Translations under genes and position numbers: made by a program
Part shown: one piece after another, positions 8,043-19,072 of the stretch
Numbering within the stretch: position 1 is the first letter of the stretch
Layout of the letters: each line of letters begins with the position of its first letter
From: Escherichia phage AV109
Sequence record: OR352939.1
Strand: one strand, 5' to 3'
Length of the DNA stretch: 64,000 nt
The notes under the pieces: model-generated
Database searches by the model: none
What the model saw: the letters and a program-made list of their open reading frames with translations, nothing else
Told to the model about the DNA's origin: nothing

Positions 8043-10754
8043 TCAAAAATCGAACATATCGAACAGAGATGCTTTCTTCTCGTAATCGAGTTTCGCTGCT
8101 GATGTGAATCCTTCAAGTGGTTTAATAAATGTCTTCTCAAGGAGAACAGTGTAGTCCATCCAATGAAGTACGTCGTCTTTAATTAAATCTGTGATTTCAG
8201 TACCAGAAGGCCATGCGATACATTTATCACCGAATGGGTTTCCTTCACGTAAAGGCAGAACATATACTTTTTCACCTTCTACAACTTGTGGTGCATCAAT
8301 ATTACCTTTGATAGCTCGGTTATATGTCAGAATTCCACGAATATGAAACGGGCATTTAGGACCAGGGAATCCACCGACATCATATTTAGCAATGTTATTC
8401 GCAGAAGATACCGACGCGATGCTAATATAATTCAATTGACGGAATTCTTTTTCAAACTCTTTAAAATATTCTTGTAATGATTCTTCACCTTCTTGAAGCA
8501 TACGACGAATACATTCTTTAAGAGCTTTCTGTACTGCTTTAGGAGTCGAAGATTTCTGAGTCTCTAGACCCATGATTTTGAGTTTAGGCTCAGCATAACG
8601 AGTGCCTTCCATATCCCACACGTTTAATGCATAACGTTTCTTACCAGTCCAGAATCCACCAATACCTTTAGAACCGAGCGGAGGGCCAGCAATAGCTTCT
8701 CGGTCCATGAACATTAAGTGTTGTTTATTGTTCATGTATTCACACATTTCACGGAAACCTCTATCAATAGCTGGTTCCATACGTTCACGTGCAAACTTAT
8801 CTAAGAAGTCTACCCAATGGTTTGTATCACGGAATTTAGATTCACCAACCTTATCGATAATTTTATCAGCAGATACGTAAATAGAGTCTGTATCACCATA
8901 AAGAACGAAAGCTTCACCTTCTGTACCACAAACTTCATTCAGATATTCATTAACTTTACGTTCAATCCACTGTAAAGCCATTTGACCAAATGTTGTGATT
9001 GCAGTTGCATTACGCAAATCATAATAACGGAACCAAACGTTTCCAAGTGCACCATAAAGTGAGTTGATAAGCAATTTACGGTTAATTTGGGCAGTCATAC
9101 CCGCAACTTCAGTACGTTGAGCTCTAAACAACATTTCATTAAGAGATTTAGCAGACAACTTTTTAATCTTTTCTTTAATCTCATCGCTGAAGTCGAAACG
9201 ATAATCAACATCTAATGGTTCGTCAACAGAAAGATTAGGATTATGCAATGCCTCTTTAATTATTTCACCATTACGTTGAGCTGCAAGCATGTAACCTTTA
9301 TGTTCTTTACGTTGATTAAAGACCTTAGTGATTTCAGTTGGAACTACACCATCACGGTCTTTATAATACATCATGCCGTTAGGAGAACAACTGTACACAT
9401 CTGAAGGACGTTCAGCGATTGCGTTAATATAATCATGTAATGGAGCTACTTTAAACGTTCCTGCTATTGTTTCTGGGCTAATATTCACTTGGCGAATGAT
9501 GCTTGGATACAGAGATGTAAGGTCGAAACTCATTACATATTTGTATCGATTTGGAATAGGTTCCTTAACAAAAGCGCCAGGATAAGGTTGAACCGGGTGA
9601 GAACGACCTTGTGGAATCACCTTGTTCTGCTCTTTAAGGCTATTAAAAATAATAGCATCCCAAGTTTTAATTGGACTGAACACAGATTGAATCTGAATTT
9701 TAGCATAATAACCCATGTCCAAGCTCAAGTTGATGAACTGACGCTTAGAATCAATTTGCAATACACGATACACGTCGATAATGTTATAAGAAATATATCG
9801 TTGGTGATTGCTTTCACGAAGCTTAGAAATAGGGCCGTCATATTTCAGTTTACCAACGTTCAATTCAAATTCTGAAATGTAATCCAGAGAATACGACGGT
9901 TGATTGGTAAAAGAGAATTTTTTGTAAAGGTCAATGTAATCAAGAACAGAGATACCGAACAATGTAATGATTTCACGAGAACCATACATGTTTTCGATAA
10001 CTTTAACACGAGTTTTACGATGTGGCGATAAACGTTTCGCAGTAGATTCGCCAAAAATATTCTTGATTCGGTTATACACATATGGAATATCAAATGACTC
10101 AACGTTCCATCCAGTCAAAATGACAGGAGTTTTCTGTTGCCAGAAGTTGAGATATTCCATCAACAATTCTTTTTCGTTATCGAACGGCATATAAATGATT
10201 TTATCGATAATTTCAGATGGAACTTCATCACCGCCTTGTTCTTGAAGCTTAGCAGCGATTTCAATAGACCATTCTTCTACATTACCATACGGAGAATTCA
10301 ATAGATCAAATACGTAGAACCTGTCGTCAATTGAGTCATAATGGGTGATAGCATCAATAGGATGCTTTGCTTGTGCCGGCTCAGGGAACCCGTCCGGAGA
10401 TGTTACTTCGATGTCGAAGTTAGCCACACGAATTTTTGTATGGTCGTATTTGATTTCATAGTTATAAGTGTCAGACAAATACGCCAATTTGAAATCGTCC
10501 ATGCCAAGTGCTTCAAGTCCGATATCTTCCATGCGTTTAATCCATTGGGAGGCATCACGCATATTAGCGAACAACTTACGAGTACACGGCTTACCGTAGA
10601 TATCGAAATATTTCGTAGCCTGACTTTCCGGACAATGAGCAAACAGTGATGGTTTATATTCTACTTCACGAGTACGTTCACGGCCATTAGAATCGATGTA
10701 ACGTTCAAAAATTGAATCACCAATCTGTTCAACCGTTAAGTAAAATTCTTTCAT
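8043..10754 (-). CDS. 43: DNA polymerase (family B), RB69-type gp43
   Basis: 903 aa; sequence from MKEFYLTVEQIGDSIFERYIDSNGRERTREVEYKPSLFAHCPESQATKYFDIYGKPCTRKLF onward matches the RB69 polymerase as I recall it. Confidence 0.98.
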   Translation of the reverse strand: MKEFYLTVEQIGDSIFERYIDSNGRERTREVEYKPSLFAHCPESQATKYFDIYGKPCTRKLFANMRDASQWIKRMEDIGLEALGMDDFKLAYLSDTYNYEIKYDHTKIRVANFDIEVTSPDGFPEPAQAKHPIDAITHYDSIDDRFYVFDLLNSPYGNVEEWSIEIAAKLQEQGGDEVPSEIIDKIIYMPFDNEKELLMEYLNFWQQKTPVILTGWNVESFDIPYVYNRIKNIFGESTAKRLSPHRKTRVKVIENMYGSREIITLFGISVLDYIDLYKKFSFTNQPSYSLDYISEFELNVGKLKYDGPISKLRESNHQRYISYNIIDVYRVLQIDSKRQFINLSLDMGYYAKIQIQSVFSPIKTWDAIIFNSLKEQNKVIPQGRSHPVQPYPGAFVKEPIPNRYKYVMSFDLTSLYPSIIRQVNISPETIAGTFKVAPLHDYINAIAERPSDVYSCSPNGMMYYKDRDGVVPTEITKVFNQRKEHKGYMLAAQRNGEIIKEALHNPNLSVDEPLDVDYRFDFSDEIKEKIKKLSAKSLNEMLFRAQRTEVAGMTAQINRKLLINSLYGALGNVWFRYYDLRNATAITTFGQMALQWIERKVNEYLNEVCGTEGEAFVLYGDTDSIYVSADKIIDKVGESKFRDTNHWVDFLDKFARERMEPAIDRGFREMCEYMNNKQHLMFMDREAIAGPPLGSKGIGGFWTGKKRYALNVWDMEGTRYAEPKLKIMGLETQKSSTPKAVQKALKECIRRMLQEGEESLQEYFKEFEKEFRQLNYISIASVSSANNIAKYDVGGFPGPKCPFHIRGILTYNRAIKGNIDAPQVVEGEKVYVLPLREGNPFGDKCIAWPSGTEITDLIKDDVLHWMDYTVLLEKTFIKPLEGFTSAAKLDYEKKASLFDMFDF

Positions 10755-10812
10755 TTAATTTCCTTTAGACGAGTTATTGTCTTTTGTTTGTTGATGAACT
10801 TATTATACTCCA

Positions 10813-10832
10813 AATGGGACCGAAGTCCCATT
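10813..10832 (-). promoter_or_regulatory. UUCG-tetraloop hairpin in regA-43 intercistronic region (candidate translational operator or RNA stability element)
   Basis: aatgggac-cgaa-gtcccatt perfect 8-bp inverted repeat, 3 nt after regA stop and about 58 nt upstream of gene 43 ATG. Confidence 0.4.
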
Positions 10833-10835
10833 GCT

Positions 10836-11213
10836 TTAATTACCAATTGTATATTTTGCTTTCAAAGTCCAGTCATCTTTCTGTTTAAAAGAGATAACAC
10901 GGAAGTTATTAGTAAGGCCAAATAGATCTTCACGAGCAGAGTCTTCAATAACAATCAAGCCCCAGTCTTCAAGCAACTGAGCAATCGAATCACGTCGTTG
11001 GTAGTCTTCACCATCAATATCAACCTGACGTCCGTCCATACGCAGCATTTCTTTAAAGTGGACGATGTAGTATTTACCTTGCTTTTGGAGGATATGACAA
11101 GACTGATAAAGAACTTTATCCTTGTTATTAGCGATGCCCATACGGGTCAGAGTCTCTTTGACTTTCAGAAAATCTTCAGGGTTCTTCAATTTAATTTCAA
11201 TCATTTTTACCAT
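10836..11213 (-). CDS. regA: RegA translational repressor
   Basis: 125 aa; [41 protein letters not shown] resembles T4 RegA; overlaps gene 62 end. Confidence 0.9.
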   Translation of the reverse strand: MVKMIEIKLKNPEDFLKVKETLTRMGIANNKDKVLYQSCHILQKQGKYYIVHFKEMLRMDGRQVDIDGEDYQRRDSIAQLLEDWGLIVIEDSAREDLFGLTNNFRVISFKQKDDWTLKAKYTIGN

Positions 11214-11770
11214 TCCAATGCTAATTTTTTAAATTGTTTTTGTTCTTTCACATTTTTTGTAACTTCTTTGAGAAACTCATCAGTGACCATGGCCTTCAGT
11301 TCTTTAAGGACTATTGGCAACTTGTTATTTTTTTCAAGGAGCCGCTTATACTCGGTAGCATCATTCATGTTGATTGTGTAATGTTTCATCAACAGTTTGA
11401 TAACTAGTAACTCTGAAGTGTCTTCAACTAGTTTAGCCCATTTAGAGAATCGACGACCACGCGGAATTGCAGCCATCATATAGTTGAAGTGCGCTTCATC
11501 ACTTAATTCAGAACCGACTAAGTTCATCATGTAAACAGCTGGCATACATTCCGGGAACTGGGATAATGAGTTCTCAACCATAAATTTTGAGTAGTCGACC
11601 TGAGCAATTGACGTAGATTTCTTTTCATTAATAGCATTAATGATTTTAAAGAATTCATTCTCAGGTTTTTCTTTAAACATGTCAGCACATTTTTGAATCG
11701 CATCAGCGTCGTTAGACTTCCATGCAATTTGGTGCTCGTTAAGTTGGACGTCATCATCAAATAAGTTCAT
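11207..11770 (-). CDS. 62: clamp loader subunit gp62
   Basis: 187 aa, same length as T4 gp62; position between 44 and regA. Confidence 0.85.
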   Translation of the reverse strand: MNLFDDDVQLNEHQIAWKSNDADAIQKCADMFKEKPENEFFKIINAINEKKSTSIAQVDYSKFMVENSLSQFPECMPAVYMMNLVGSELSDEAHFNYMMAAIPRGRRFSKWAKLVEDTSELLVIKLLMKHYTINMNDATEYKRLLEKNNKLPIVLKELKAMVTDEFLKEVTKNVKEQKQFKKLALEW

Positions 11771-11771
11771 A

Positions 11772-12734
11772 TTATTTCCAAGTCAGTTCGCAGGTCAGTT
11801 GAAGAAGCATATACATAACATGTAATTCAATATTACTTGCTAATCCATGAAACTTATTGTTTTCGCCTGCAATTTCATAAAGCGAAATAATACTTTTACC
11901 AGGTGCAACTTGGTCATAACATTCTGAAACTAATTTATCGATGAACCATGAATAATCTGCGGCATATTTTGGAGCTAATGCACGAAGTTGTTTGATATCT
12001 TTATTTTTCATTGCTTCTATGACATCATCTACCGTGCCACGGTCATTAGTTACGATAGACAAAATACCCGCATCAAGAACACCTTTAGACGAGTACTGGT
12101 CTAATTGACCAATTGTACGACGAAAGTCCGGGAAGTTCTTTTTAACCAGAGCTGCAACAACTTTCATATCAGCGATTTCGATATTTTCGTTCTTACAGAT
12201 TTCAACCATACGATGAATCATTTTCTTCATCATCGAGATTTTATCTTCTTCGGTTGGACGTCCGAATTCGATAACTCGACAACGACTACGTAACGGTTCG
12301 ATAATTCCATCGATGTTGTTAGCAGTAATAATAATAGAACAGTTACTAGAGAATTCTTCCATAAACGTACGAAGGTGACGTTGTGATTCGGCGAGGCCAC
12401 TACGGTCAAATTCATCGATAACGATAACTTTCGGCTTGCCTTCCATTGAGACTGAACGAGCGAATGCAGTTAATGGACCACGCACAAAATCAATCTTACA
12501 ATCAGAACCGTTGACGAACATCATTTCGGCATTAATATCATTACATAATGCTTTTGCTACGGTTGTTTTACCTGTACCAGGAGAAGGAGAGTGTAAAATA
12601 ATATGAGGAAGTTTTCCTTTAGATACTAAAGACTTGAATGTTTCATGGTCATACGCAGGCAGAATACATTCGTCAATGGAAGAAGGACGATATTTCTGTT
12701 CTAGAATGTGTTCTTTGGAATTGATAGTAATCAT
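11772..12734 (-). CDS. 44: clamp loader ATPase gp44
   Basis: 320 aa; Walker [20 protein letters not shown] motifs; matches T4 gp44. Confidence 0.95.
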   Translation of the reverse strand: MITINSKEHILEQKYRPSSIDECILPAYDHETFKSLVSKGKLPHIILHSPSPGTGKTTVAKALCNDINAEMMFVNGSDCKIDFVRGPLTAFARSVSMEGKPKVIVIDEFDRSGLAESQRHLRTFMEEFSSNCSIIITANNIDGIIEPLRSRCRVIEFGRPTEEDKISMMKKMIHRMVEICKNENIEIADMKVVAALVKKNFPDFRRTIGQLDQYSSKGVLDAGILSIVTNDRGTVDDVIEAMKNKDIKQLRALAPKYAADYSWFIDKLVSECYDQVAPGKSIISLYEIAGENNKFHGLASNIELHVMYMLLQLTCELTWK

Positions 12735-12809
12735 GTAATTTTCCTCATTATCATTAAACTGGAGGATTTCTCCTCCATAATCGTATCACAATAAACGTAA
12801 AGCTTTGAC

Positions 12810-13496
12810 TTAGAAGTCGTGAGTAGAATCGGCTTCCATCGCAATAACATAACTTACTTGAGAGCTTTCAAACTTGGCTGCAACTTTATCACCAGCTCCC
12901 CACAACATTACTTTATAGTTACCTGGCTGGATTTTCATATTAGCCATATTGATTACGAAGTTAAAGTTGTTAGAACCATCATAATCGGTAAGAGTCAAAG
13001 AATACTTAGGACGAGTTAGTCCTGAATCTTCAACTTTATTATAGCCATTGATAACAATTTTACCATCTTTATTTGTAATAGCAATTGTATCAATCTGAAG
13101 ACCACGTGAAACTCGAAGCAATTGTTGAAGGTCTTCAGCTTTAATTTCAGTAATCACAGAAGCTACTGGGAATTGAATTGGCTTATTAGGAAAAACAATT
13201 GTGCTCTTGTCAGCGGCAGGCCAATAAACTGTGGAACGTGTATCTGCAATTTTAATATTGCCATCAGTGTGCATTGAAATTTCAGCATCATCAGACACTA
13301 GACTCAAAATGCTTAAGAAGCTATTCAAATCATAAAGTGCTACGTCAAAATCAATTTCATCAGAGATATTTGCTTCCGCATAAGTGGTGCCATTAACTGC
13401 ACGAGTCATAATAAATTTACCTTGACTCAGCAGAATGCCAGAGTTAATAGAAGCGAAGTTTTTCAGAATATTTACGGTTTCACGGCTAAGTTTCAT
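12810..13496 (-). CDS. 45: sliding clamp gp45
   Basis: 228 aa; MKLSRETVNILKNFASINSGILL... matches T4 gp45. Confidence 0.95.
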   Translation of the reverse strand: MKLSRETVNILKNFASINSGILLSQGKFIMTRAVNGTTYAEANISDEIDFDVALYDLNSFLSILSLVSDDAEISMHTDGNIKIADTRSTVYWPAADKSTIVFPNKPIQFPVASVITEIKAEDLQQLLRVSRGLQIDTIAITNKDGKIVINGYNKVEDSGLTRPKYSLTLTDYDGSNNFNFVINMANMKIQPGNYKVMLWGAGDKVAAKFESSQVSYVIAMEADSTHDF

Positions 13497-14392
13497 TTAG
13501 GTTTCCTATTAGCATAATAATTTGTCCAAGACCGGATAGCACCTTGGTATGATTCATCATTAAAACCATGCTGAATTGCATGTTTTCTAAATGTAATATA
13601 ACTTGGTTTTCCTAAAGCAATCCACAATTCCTTTAATTTTTGTTCATGAAATATCCATGTACCTCTAGCTTTAGATTTTCTGAATTTATCCTTAAATTCT
13701 TTGGTTGCATTTCTTTTCGAAGCTGCGATAGAGGCCTTTGCTCTATTTTCAGGTTTAGACCAATACAATGTTTTAGATATTTTTATTTTATCTTTAACAT
13801 TAGGAGAATTCATTATATCTTTAAATTTTAAAGCAAAATCTCTATCGCTAAACATTTTTTTAGAAAGAATAGAAACTTTCTCTCTTCGTTCTTTGGTCCA
13901 ATATGTTTTTTGAAATTCTCTAATTGCGTTTAAATGATTCTCCGACAATTTGCAATTTTTTCTAACACCGACGTAATCTTCGTTTATTTCGTTTTTAGAA
14001 AGTTTTACTATTTTGCCTGTTTTTAAATTTTTATACGGTGCATATCCTTTAGCTGATATTCTAGACTTCTCGTTAGCATAAGCCTTATTAAAATATTTTT
14101 CATTTGAAACGGCTTTAACATTGAGTTGGAATAGTCTTTCTATTCTTCTAGGGTCTAATGTGGTTTCGCCTAAAATTTTTACAGAATATTCGCCTTGGTC
14201 TATTAATCTGGTATATAAAGGAGAATACGAGGAATTAACACTACCGGTATATATTTTACCGGTAGAATCTTCAATAATATCCTTTCCATTAAAATGACAC
14301 GAAACTTTAGAACCTATATAATAACACGGGTATTCATTTTTAATCTCACGATTATAAAAGGTTATAAGATATATTAAATTCATAATTATCAA
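13493..14392 (-). CDS. GIY-YIG-like seg-type homing endonuclease inserted between rpbA and 45
   Basis: 299 aa; N-terminal LIYLITFY...CYYIGSK GIY-YIG-like motif; basic C-terminal region; paralogous to ORFs at 18245 and 25374. Confidence 0.55.
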   Translation of the reverse strand: MIIMNLIYLITFYNREIKNEYPCYYIGSKVSCHFNGKDIIEDSTGKIYTGSVNSSYSPLYTRLIDQGEYSVKILGETTLDPRRIERLFQLNVKAVSNEKYFNKAYANEKSRISAKGYAPYKNLKTGKIVKLSKNEINEDYVGVRKNCKLSENHLNAIREFQKTYWTKERREKVSILSKKMFSDRDFALKFKDIMNSPNVKDKIKISKTLYWSKPENRAKASIAASKRNATKEFKDKFRKSKARGTWIFHEQKLKELWIALGKPSYITFRKHAIQHGFNDESYQGAIRSWTNYYANRKPK

Positions 14393-14805
14393 GCAGCAAC
14401 CATCTGCTTTTTAATAGTTTCAGGCAGTGATTCAATATATTCTGGAATTTTAGAAGCAACAATTTCGCCAGCTGCAATTAGTTGTTCGTCGGCATCAACA
14501 CAGTAGGAATCTTCCAGACGCTCAGAACCGTCTTTATCAAGAACGATTTTTGCGCCAGCTTCAATAGAATCGTTATAGTGCTTACGCATCAGATGAATCC
14601 ACATATCAGATACATCGTTATCAATAAAACCATAAATCATAAAACGAGTTTCTTGTGGCAAAGATTGGAGTTTTTTAGCACTTGCGTCATCACAATGCAG
14701 GACCCATGCTTTACGAACACGATTATGGTTATGTGGGTTAGCGTCAGTACGGATAGAAGTAACTTTCAGATCAGCAGCAGTGAAACCTTTAGCAGTAGTA
14801 AACAT
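14389..14805 (-). CDS. rpbA: RNA polymerase-binding protein RpbA-like
   Basis: 138 aa; location between 46 and 45 as in T4; assignment mainly positional. Confidence 0.5.
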   Translation of the reverse strand: MFTTAKGFTAADLKVTSIRTDANPHNHNRVRKAWVLHCDDASAKKLQSLPQETRFMIYGFIDNDVSDMWIHLMRKHYNDSIEAGAKIVLDKDGSERLEDSYCVDADEQLIAAGEIVASKIPEYIESLPETIKKQMVAA

Positions 14806-14817
14806 ATTATTTCTCTC

Positions 14818-15018
14818 TTATTCGTAGAAGTCGGTAACTGTCCATGCAGAATTGCGATTAGACATTATTTTATTATACTCGTCTTTAAAAGCAGATTTGA
14901 GCATTTGTTCAGTAACAATATGTTCTTCACCTGAAAACGTATTGGTCAGAACATATTTTTTAATTTCAGGGACAACAAGAAGATGTTGTCCGGTTGAATA
15001 CTCCATGTTGTTCTCCAT
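14818..15018 (-). CDS. hypothetical protein (66 aa)
   Basis: ORF between gene 46 and rpbA. Confidence 0.4.
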   Translation of the reverse strand: MENNMEYSTGQHLLVVPEIKKYVLTNTFSGEEHIVTEQMLKSAFKDEYNKIMSNRNSAWTVTDFYE

Positions 15019-15060
15019 TTAATTTGATGTGGTCATTATAACCACATCGTGTTAAAGCGT

Positions 15061-16749
15061 TTATGAAACAGTCATTACCGTAAATCGTCCAACTTTGCTC
15101 ATTTGAAGATGTTGTCCATAAGCTTGTGGGTCATGGTCTCTGTGACTAATTATAAACACGTTTGCATCGGTTAGAGAGTTAAGAATTGTTGAAATAGCTT
15201 TAATACCTTCAGAATCAGTCGCGGAATCCATGACTTCGTCCATAATTAATGTATTGATTCTAACACCAGAGACCTTTTCAGCAATATCTCGCCATGTAAA
15301 CAACAACGCGATATCGATACGTGCTTTTTCACCTTGACTAAATGAAGCATAACTGAACTCTTCACGACCACGTGATTTTATAGATTCATTGAATTCTTCG
15401 TCAATAGAAAACACGTAATCAGCTTCCATGATTTTAAGATAATGGTTAATCTGCTTGTTGAACAGAGGCACATATTTTTTAATGATAGCACCTTTAATAC
15501 CAGAATCTTTTAACATATCTGTGATAATACCACGATGGTATTTTTCAAGAACGATATCCGATTTTGTTTTAATGATTTTATCAAGTTCTTTTTGAAGCAA
15601 AGCTATCTCATCGGCATGGTCGATAAATTCCGCTGAGGCTTGTTCTATTGCAGCTTTAACTTTCTTAGCTTTATCAATAGTGGCAATCATTGCTTGTTTC
15701 TTGGTACGAATATCAGATGCAAGGTCCTGTTTAGTCTTAACATTAGCTCTATATTCGTCCACTAGGACACTCAGATTATCTCTGTGGCAGGTAAGTTGCT
15801 CGAATGAGTGATTACATTCATGAAGCTTATCGGTAATCTTAGAGACAATAGGATCACCCTGGTGCAACTGTGATGCGCAAGTAGGACATGTACCGCCATC
15901 ATGATACATCTTAATAACTTTGTTGTATGAGTCAATTTTAGATTTAATCAAGAATGCTTCTTGTCCTATCTTGTTGAATGCCTCAGTAGGGTCTTCATCA
16001 AGAACGATATTAAGTAGTCGCTCATTAGCTTCTTCGATTTCTGCTTTTAATGAACGAGCTTCTTTAGCTAGGTCGTCATACATATTCTGTAGACGCGCTA
16101 CATTATCACCAGATAATTTCTTTTGACGTTCGATATTCTCGTTATAAATCTTAATTTGTTGGATAACACCATCTTTCTTGGCATCGAGAACTTGTCCCTG
16201 GGAATTAAGTTCTCGAACTTGAGACTTATTGATTTTATCCATTTCAGCGAGTGTGCCGACTTCTAAAAGGTCTTCGACAAGTTTTCTACGAGCAGGGGTG
16301 CTAAGAGCCATGAAAGGGGTATACCCTGCCGTCCCAAGCACAACGATCTGTTTAAAAGACGCGTATGACATTCCGATGCTACGTTCAAATTCTTCTTGGA
16401 AGTCACGACTGCTGGCAGATTCATCAAGACGAACACCGTCAACGGAGATTTCGAAAATATTGGGCTTTTGGCCACGTTTAATGAAGTATTTTTTATCATC
16501 GAATTCCATCCAAAGCTCAACTAAGAGCTCTTTCTTGTTCGTGCTATTAATGATTTGTCCTTTCTTAACATCACGAAATGGTTTACCGAAAAGTCCGAAA
16601 GTAATGGCTTCTAACATCGTAGATTTACCACCGCCATTTTTACCAGTGATTAATGTCTTTTGAACTTTATCTAATTGGATATCAATAGGATTCCCACCTA
16701 CCGACATGATGTTTTGATAACGAACACGATTTAATTTAAATGATTTCAT
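15061..16749 (-). CDS. 46: recombination nuclease subunit gp46 (Rad50/SbcC-like ATPase)
   Basis: 562 aa; Walker A GKNGGGKST, coiled-coil middle, CPTC zinc hook, Walker B LIMDEV; matches T4 gp46. Confidence 0.95.
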   Translation of the reverse strand: MKSFKLNRVRYQNIMSVGGNPIDIQLDKVQKTLITGKNGGGKSTMLEAITFGLFGKPFRDVKKGQIINSTNKKELLVELWMEFDDKKYFIKRGQKPNIFEISVDGVRLDESASSRDFQEEFERSIGMSYASFKQIVVLGTAGYTPFMALSTPARRKLVEDLLEVGTLAEMDKINKSQVRELNSQGQVLDAKKDGVIQQIKIYNENIERQKKLSGDNVARLQNMYDDLAKEARSLKAEIEEANERLLNIVLDEDPTEAFNKIGQEAFLIKSKIDSYNKVIKMYHDGGTCPTCASQLHQGDPIVSKITDKLHECNHSFEQLTCHRDNLSVLVDEYRANVKTKQDLASDIRTKKQAMIATIDKAKKVKAAIEQASAEFIDHADEIALLQKELDKIIKTKSDIVLEKYHRGIITDMLKDSGIKGAIIKKYVPLFNKQINHYLKIMEADYVFSIDEEFNESIKSRGREEFSYASFSQGEKARIDIALLFTWRDIAEKVSGVRINTLIMDEVMDSATDSEGIKAISTILNSLTDANVFIISHRDHDPQAYGQHLQMSKVGRFTVMTVS

Positions 16750-17000
16750 ATGTATTCTCTTCGAATGAAGTCCTCTACATATTTTAACATGTCATCCCTA
16801 TCAGCAAAATATTCATCTAGTTCTGCATACATAACAACACCTGGTGCATACTCACAGGTAACATACATTGTTCCAAAGAAACGAGGAGTTGATTCCTCGT
16901 AATTCTCAGTCCATTCAACGATACCAATATAACCGTCACCAATACTAAATTCATGACGATGGATTTCATAATCAGTCTTCGTCATTATACGCATCCTCAA
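16746..17000 (-). CDS. hypothetical protein (84 aa)
   Basis: ORF, 4-nt overlap with gene 46 start. Confidence 0.5.
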   Translation of the reverse strand: MRMRIMTKTDYEIHRHEFSIGDGYIGIVEWTENYEESTPRFFGTMYVTCEYAPGVVMYAELDEYFADRDDMLKYVEDFIRREYI

Positions 17001-17229
17001 TACACGCTTCAGCCATTTTAAGAATAGAGCCAGGAGTATCGTTGTCCATTATATTAAAGCTAAATTCAATAGCCCAGTCGGTGCAGACATGAACTGCTTT
17101 AACTTCATTGCCTTCAACGCGTAATGGCTCAATCCAATACTTGATAGTGTTCTCGAATCCATCGTCATCTTTAACGTCCATTTCAACTTCAAGCCTGAGT
17201 CCAGCATTGTTAAATTCATCTAAAGTCAT
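16972..17229 (-). CDS. hypothetical acidic protein (85 aa)
   Basis: ORF between 47 and 46. Confidence 0.45.
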   Translation of the reverse strand: MTLDEFNNAGLRLEVEMDVKDDDGFENTIKYWIEPLRVEGNEVKAVHVCTDWAIEFSFNIMDNDTPGSILKMAEACIEDAYNDED

Positions 17230-18248
17230 TGTGTTGCCTCAATATAAAGTTCGTTGGAATATTTGACCAGCGCTTCTCTGTCTTCATCTGAGATATCTGG
17301 AATCGCGTCAATATATTCTTTAATGATATCTTGAAGTGATTTAATCTCGATTTCCTGGTCGTCATCAGATTCAACACTGTTATCAACTTTAGAAACCATA
17401 CGAAGAGAGTGAACTACTTTTTCAAGTTCAGATTCAAACTTAGTCAACTCTGAATCAATTTCTGATACTATAACACGTACGGCTAGATTAGTATAATCAG
17501 AATAATTGATTTTGCCTTTAAATGGATAAGTGATTCGTCGATGCCATGTTGTTTCATTAGGAATAAATTCCATACGTTCAACATCAGTGTCAAATACCCA
17601 GAATCCGCGAGGGTCGTTCTCATCACCTGCAGTAAGGGTCCATGGTGTCCCAATATATTTGACGTTAGCAGCTTCAGAGATTGTGTGGAAGTGGCCAGAC
17701 CAGACTTGTTTATAGGTCTTTAAGAAATCAGGTTCAAGCCCATGAGACTTCATTCCTTTATAGAAATAGAAGCCATTTAATTCCCAGTGCCCAACACAAT
17801 ACGCTGCAGAAGAAGTCTTGATGTGCTCTAAGATTTCACCTGTATTTTCTTCACACATCCATGGAATCAAATCAATCAAGCACCCATCAAAATCTACTGT
17901 AGTTGGCTTATCATAAATTATTACGTTTTTACGATGGCTCAATAATTCTTGAACAGTGTTAGGATATAAGGTTGTTTTATAAAAGAGATCATGATTCCCA
18001 AGTATTGTATGGACTGTTATACCAGCGGCTTCCACCAAATCAAACATTTCACGCGTGAATTCCATACAACGTTGTGTGGTGTGGGCTCTGACATCAAATG
18101 TATCACCATATTGAATCCATGTTGTTATTCCATTTGCGACGGAATAGTCGATCATTTGTCTGAAACCGTCACGTTGTATAGCTTGAATCCAATCGTCGTC
18201 TTTTTTGACGCCTAGATGCAAATCGCCTATATTAAGTATTTTCATCAC
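17226..18248 (-). CDS. 47: recombination nuclease subunit gp47 (Mre11/SbcD-like phosphoesterase)
   Basis: 340 aa; GDLHLG, GNHD, GHFH metallophosphatase motifs; T4 gene order. Confidence 0.92.
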   Translation of the reverse strand: MMKILNIGDLHLGVKKDDDWIQAIQRDGFRQMIDYSVANGITTWIQYGDTFDVRAHTTQRCMEFTREMFDLVEAAGITVHTILGNHDLFYKTTLYPNTVQELLSHRKNVIIYDKPTTVDFDGCLIDLIPWMCEENTGEILEHIKTSSAAYCVGHWELNGFYFYKGMKSHGLEPDFLKTYKQVWSGHFHTISEAANVKYIGTPWTLTAGDENDPRGFWVFDTDVERMEFIPNETTWHRRITYPFKGKINYSDYTNLAVRVIVSEIDSELTKFESELEKVVHSLRMVSKVDNSVESDDDQEIEIKSLQDIIKEYIDAIPDISDEDREALVKYSNELYIEATQ

Positions 18249-19048
18249 ATACCTTTAAATTTGGAGTAAATTATATTGTGGTACGATATATCAGGAAACC
18301 CTTTATCGACCGCAATTTTTCTAAACTTATTAGGACTTATTTTACCACACTCCATCCATAATGCAAACAACTCGTCAAAATGCTCATATGCTGGACCTCG
18401 ACGAGCTTTTGACACAGCAGCACTTATGCGAGCCTTTTTCTCAGAATCAAGGTTTTTAAGAGAATTACTTATTTTATTTTTTTGCTCTTCTGAATTGAAG
18501 GTGCCTTTTTCCCAGCCTAAAGGTTGGCTTCCTTCATGGAACATTTTTCTTGAAGTTCCATTGGTATACCATATTTTACCTTTATTGTGCCCTGATGCTT
18601 TATATTTTGGTGAGCGTCCTTTTATAAATCCTTCAGGTATAGTAGGAGCAAATGTTTGTTCAAGGGTTTCTGGGTTATACGAATGTATGTTATTTTTGGC
18701 GTTATGAGACCCATATAATGGGTGATTTTTACCAGAAACATCACGCCCAAAGAAACCAGTTGGTGATGCCAAAGACATATTCATATACAAAGGATTTTTA
18801 TGAGCTTGAACTCTAATTTGATAGTCCTTTTCCACCTTTAAAGCTTCTTCTCGTGTTGGATGTTCGCTCAAAATACAAGAATCAAACAACGTAGGATTTT
18901 CTAAAAGTTCTTTGTTATAAATTTTACGATAGGCTTTAGATAGAATAGTACCATGATACCCGTTTAAATGTTTTTCTAAGCTAGTCGAACCTATGTAAAA
19001 AGGTGGTAGCTTATCTCCAGAATAAATTGTCAAATAGACTATAAACAT
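18245..19048 (-). CDS. GIY-YIG-like seg-type homing endonuclease at the position where T4 carries alpha-glucosyltransferase
   Basis: Probable start MFIVYLTIYSGDKLPPFYIGSTS at 19048 with AAGGAG SD 7 nt upstream; track ORF extends to 19117. Confidence 0.55.
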   Translation of the reverse strand: MFIVYLTIYSGDKLPPFYIGSTSLEKHLNGYHGTILSKAYRKIYNKELLENPTLFDSCILSEHPTREEALKVEKDYQIRVQAHKNPLYMNMSLASPTGFFGRDVSGKNHPLYGSHNAKNNIHSYNPETLEQTFAPTIPEGFIKGRSPKYKASGHNKGKIWYTNGTSRKMFHEGSQPLGWEKGTFNSEEQKNKISNSLKNLDSEKKARISAAVSKARRGPAYEHFDELFALWMECGKISPNKFRKIAVDKGFPDISYHNIIYSKFKGM

Positions 19049-19072
19049 ATATTTCTCCTTTGATTTAAGGAG

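Noticed and set aside
8286-10649. Plus- and minus-strand ORFs inside the DNA polymerase gene (8286..8477, 9489..9875, 9860..10102, 9967..10194, 10341..10649, 10403..10642)
   Set aside because: Fully contained in gene 43 or its antisense strand; gene 43 is unambiguous
10802-10830. Sigma-70-type promoter reading through the regA-43 hairpin (TATAAT at about 10802-10807)
   Set aside because: A -10 hexamer is present but the sequence 17 nt upstream (TGGGAC) is a poor -35 and lies inside the hairpin stem
10998-14934. Antisense or out-of-frame ORFs within regA, 62, 44, 45 and rpbA (10998..11381, 11527..11760, 12105..12293, 12230..12415, 12819..13019, 13640..13913, 14482..14934)
   Set aside because: They overlap well-supported conserved genes; no independent signals
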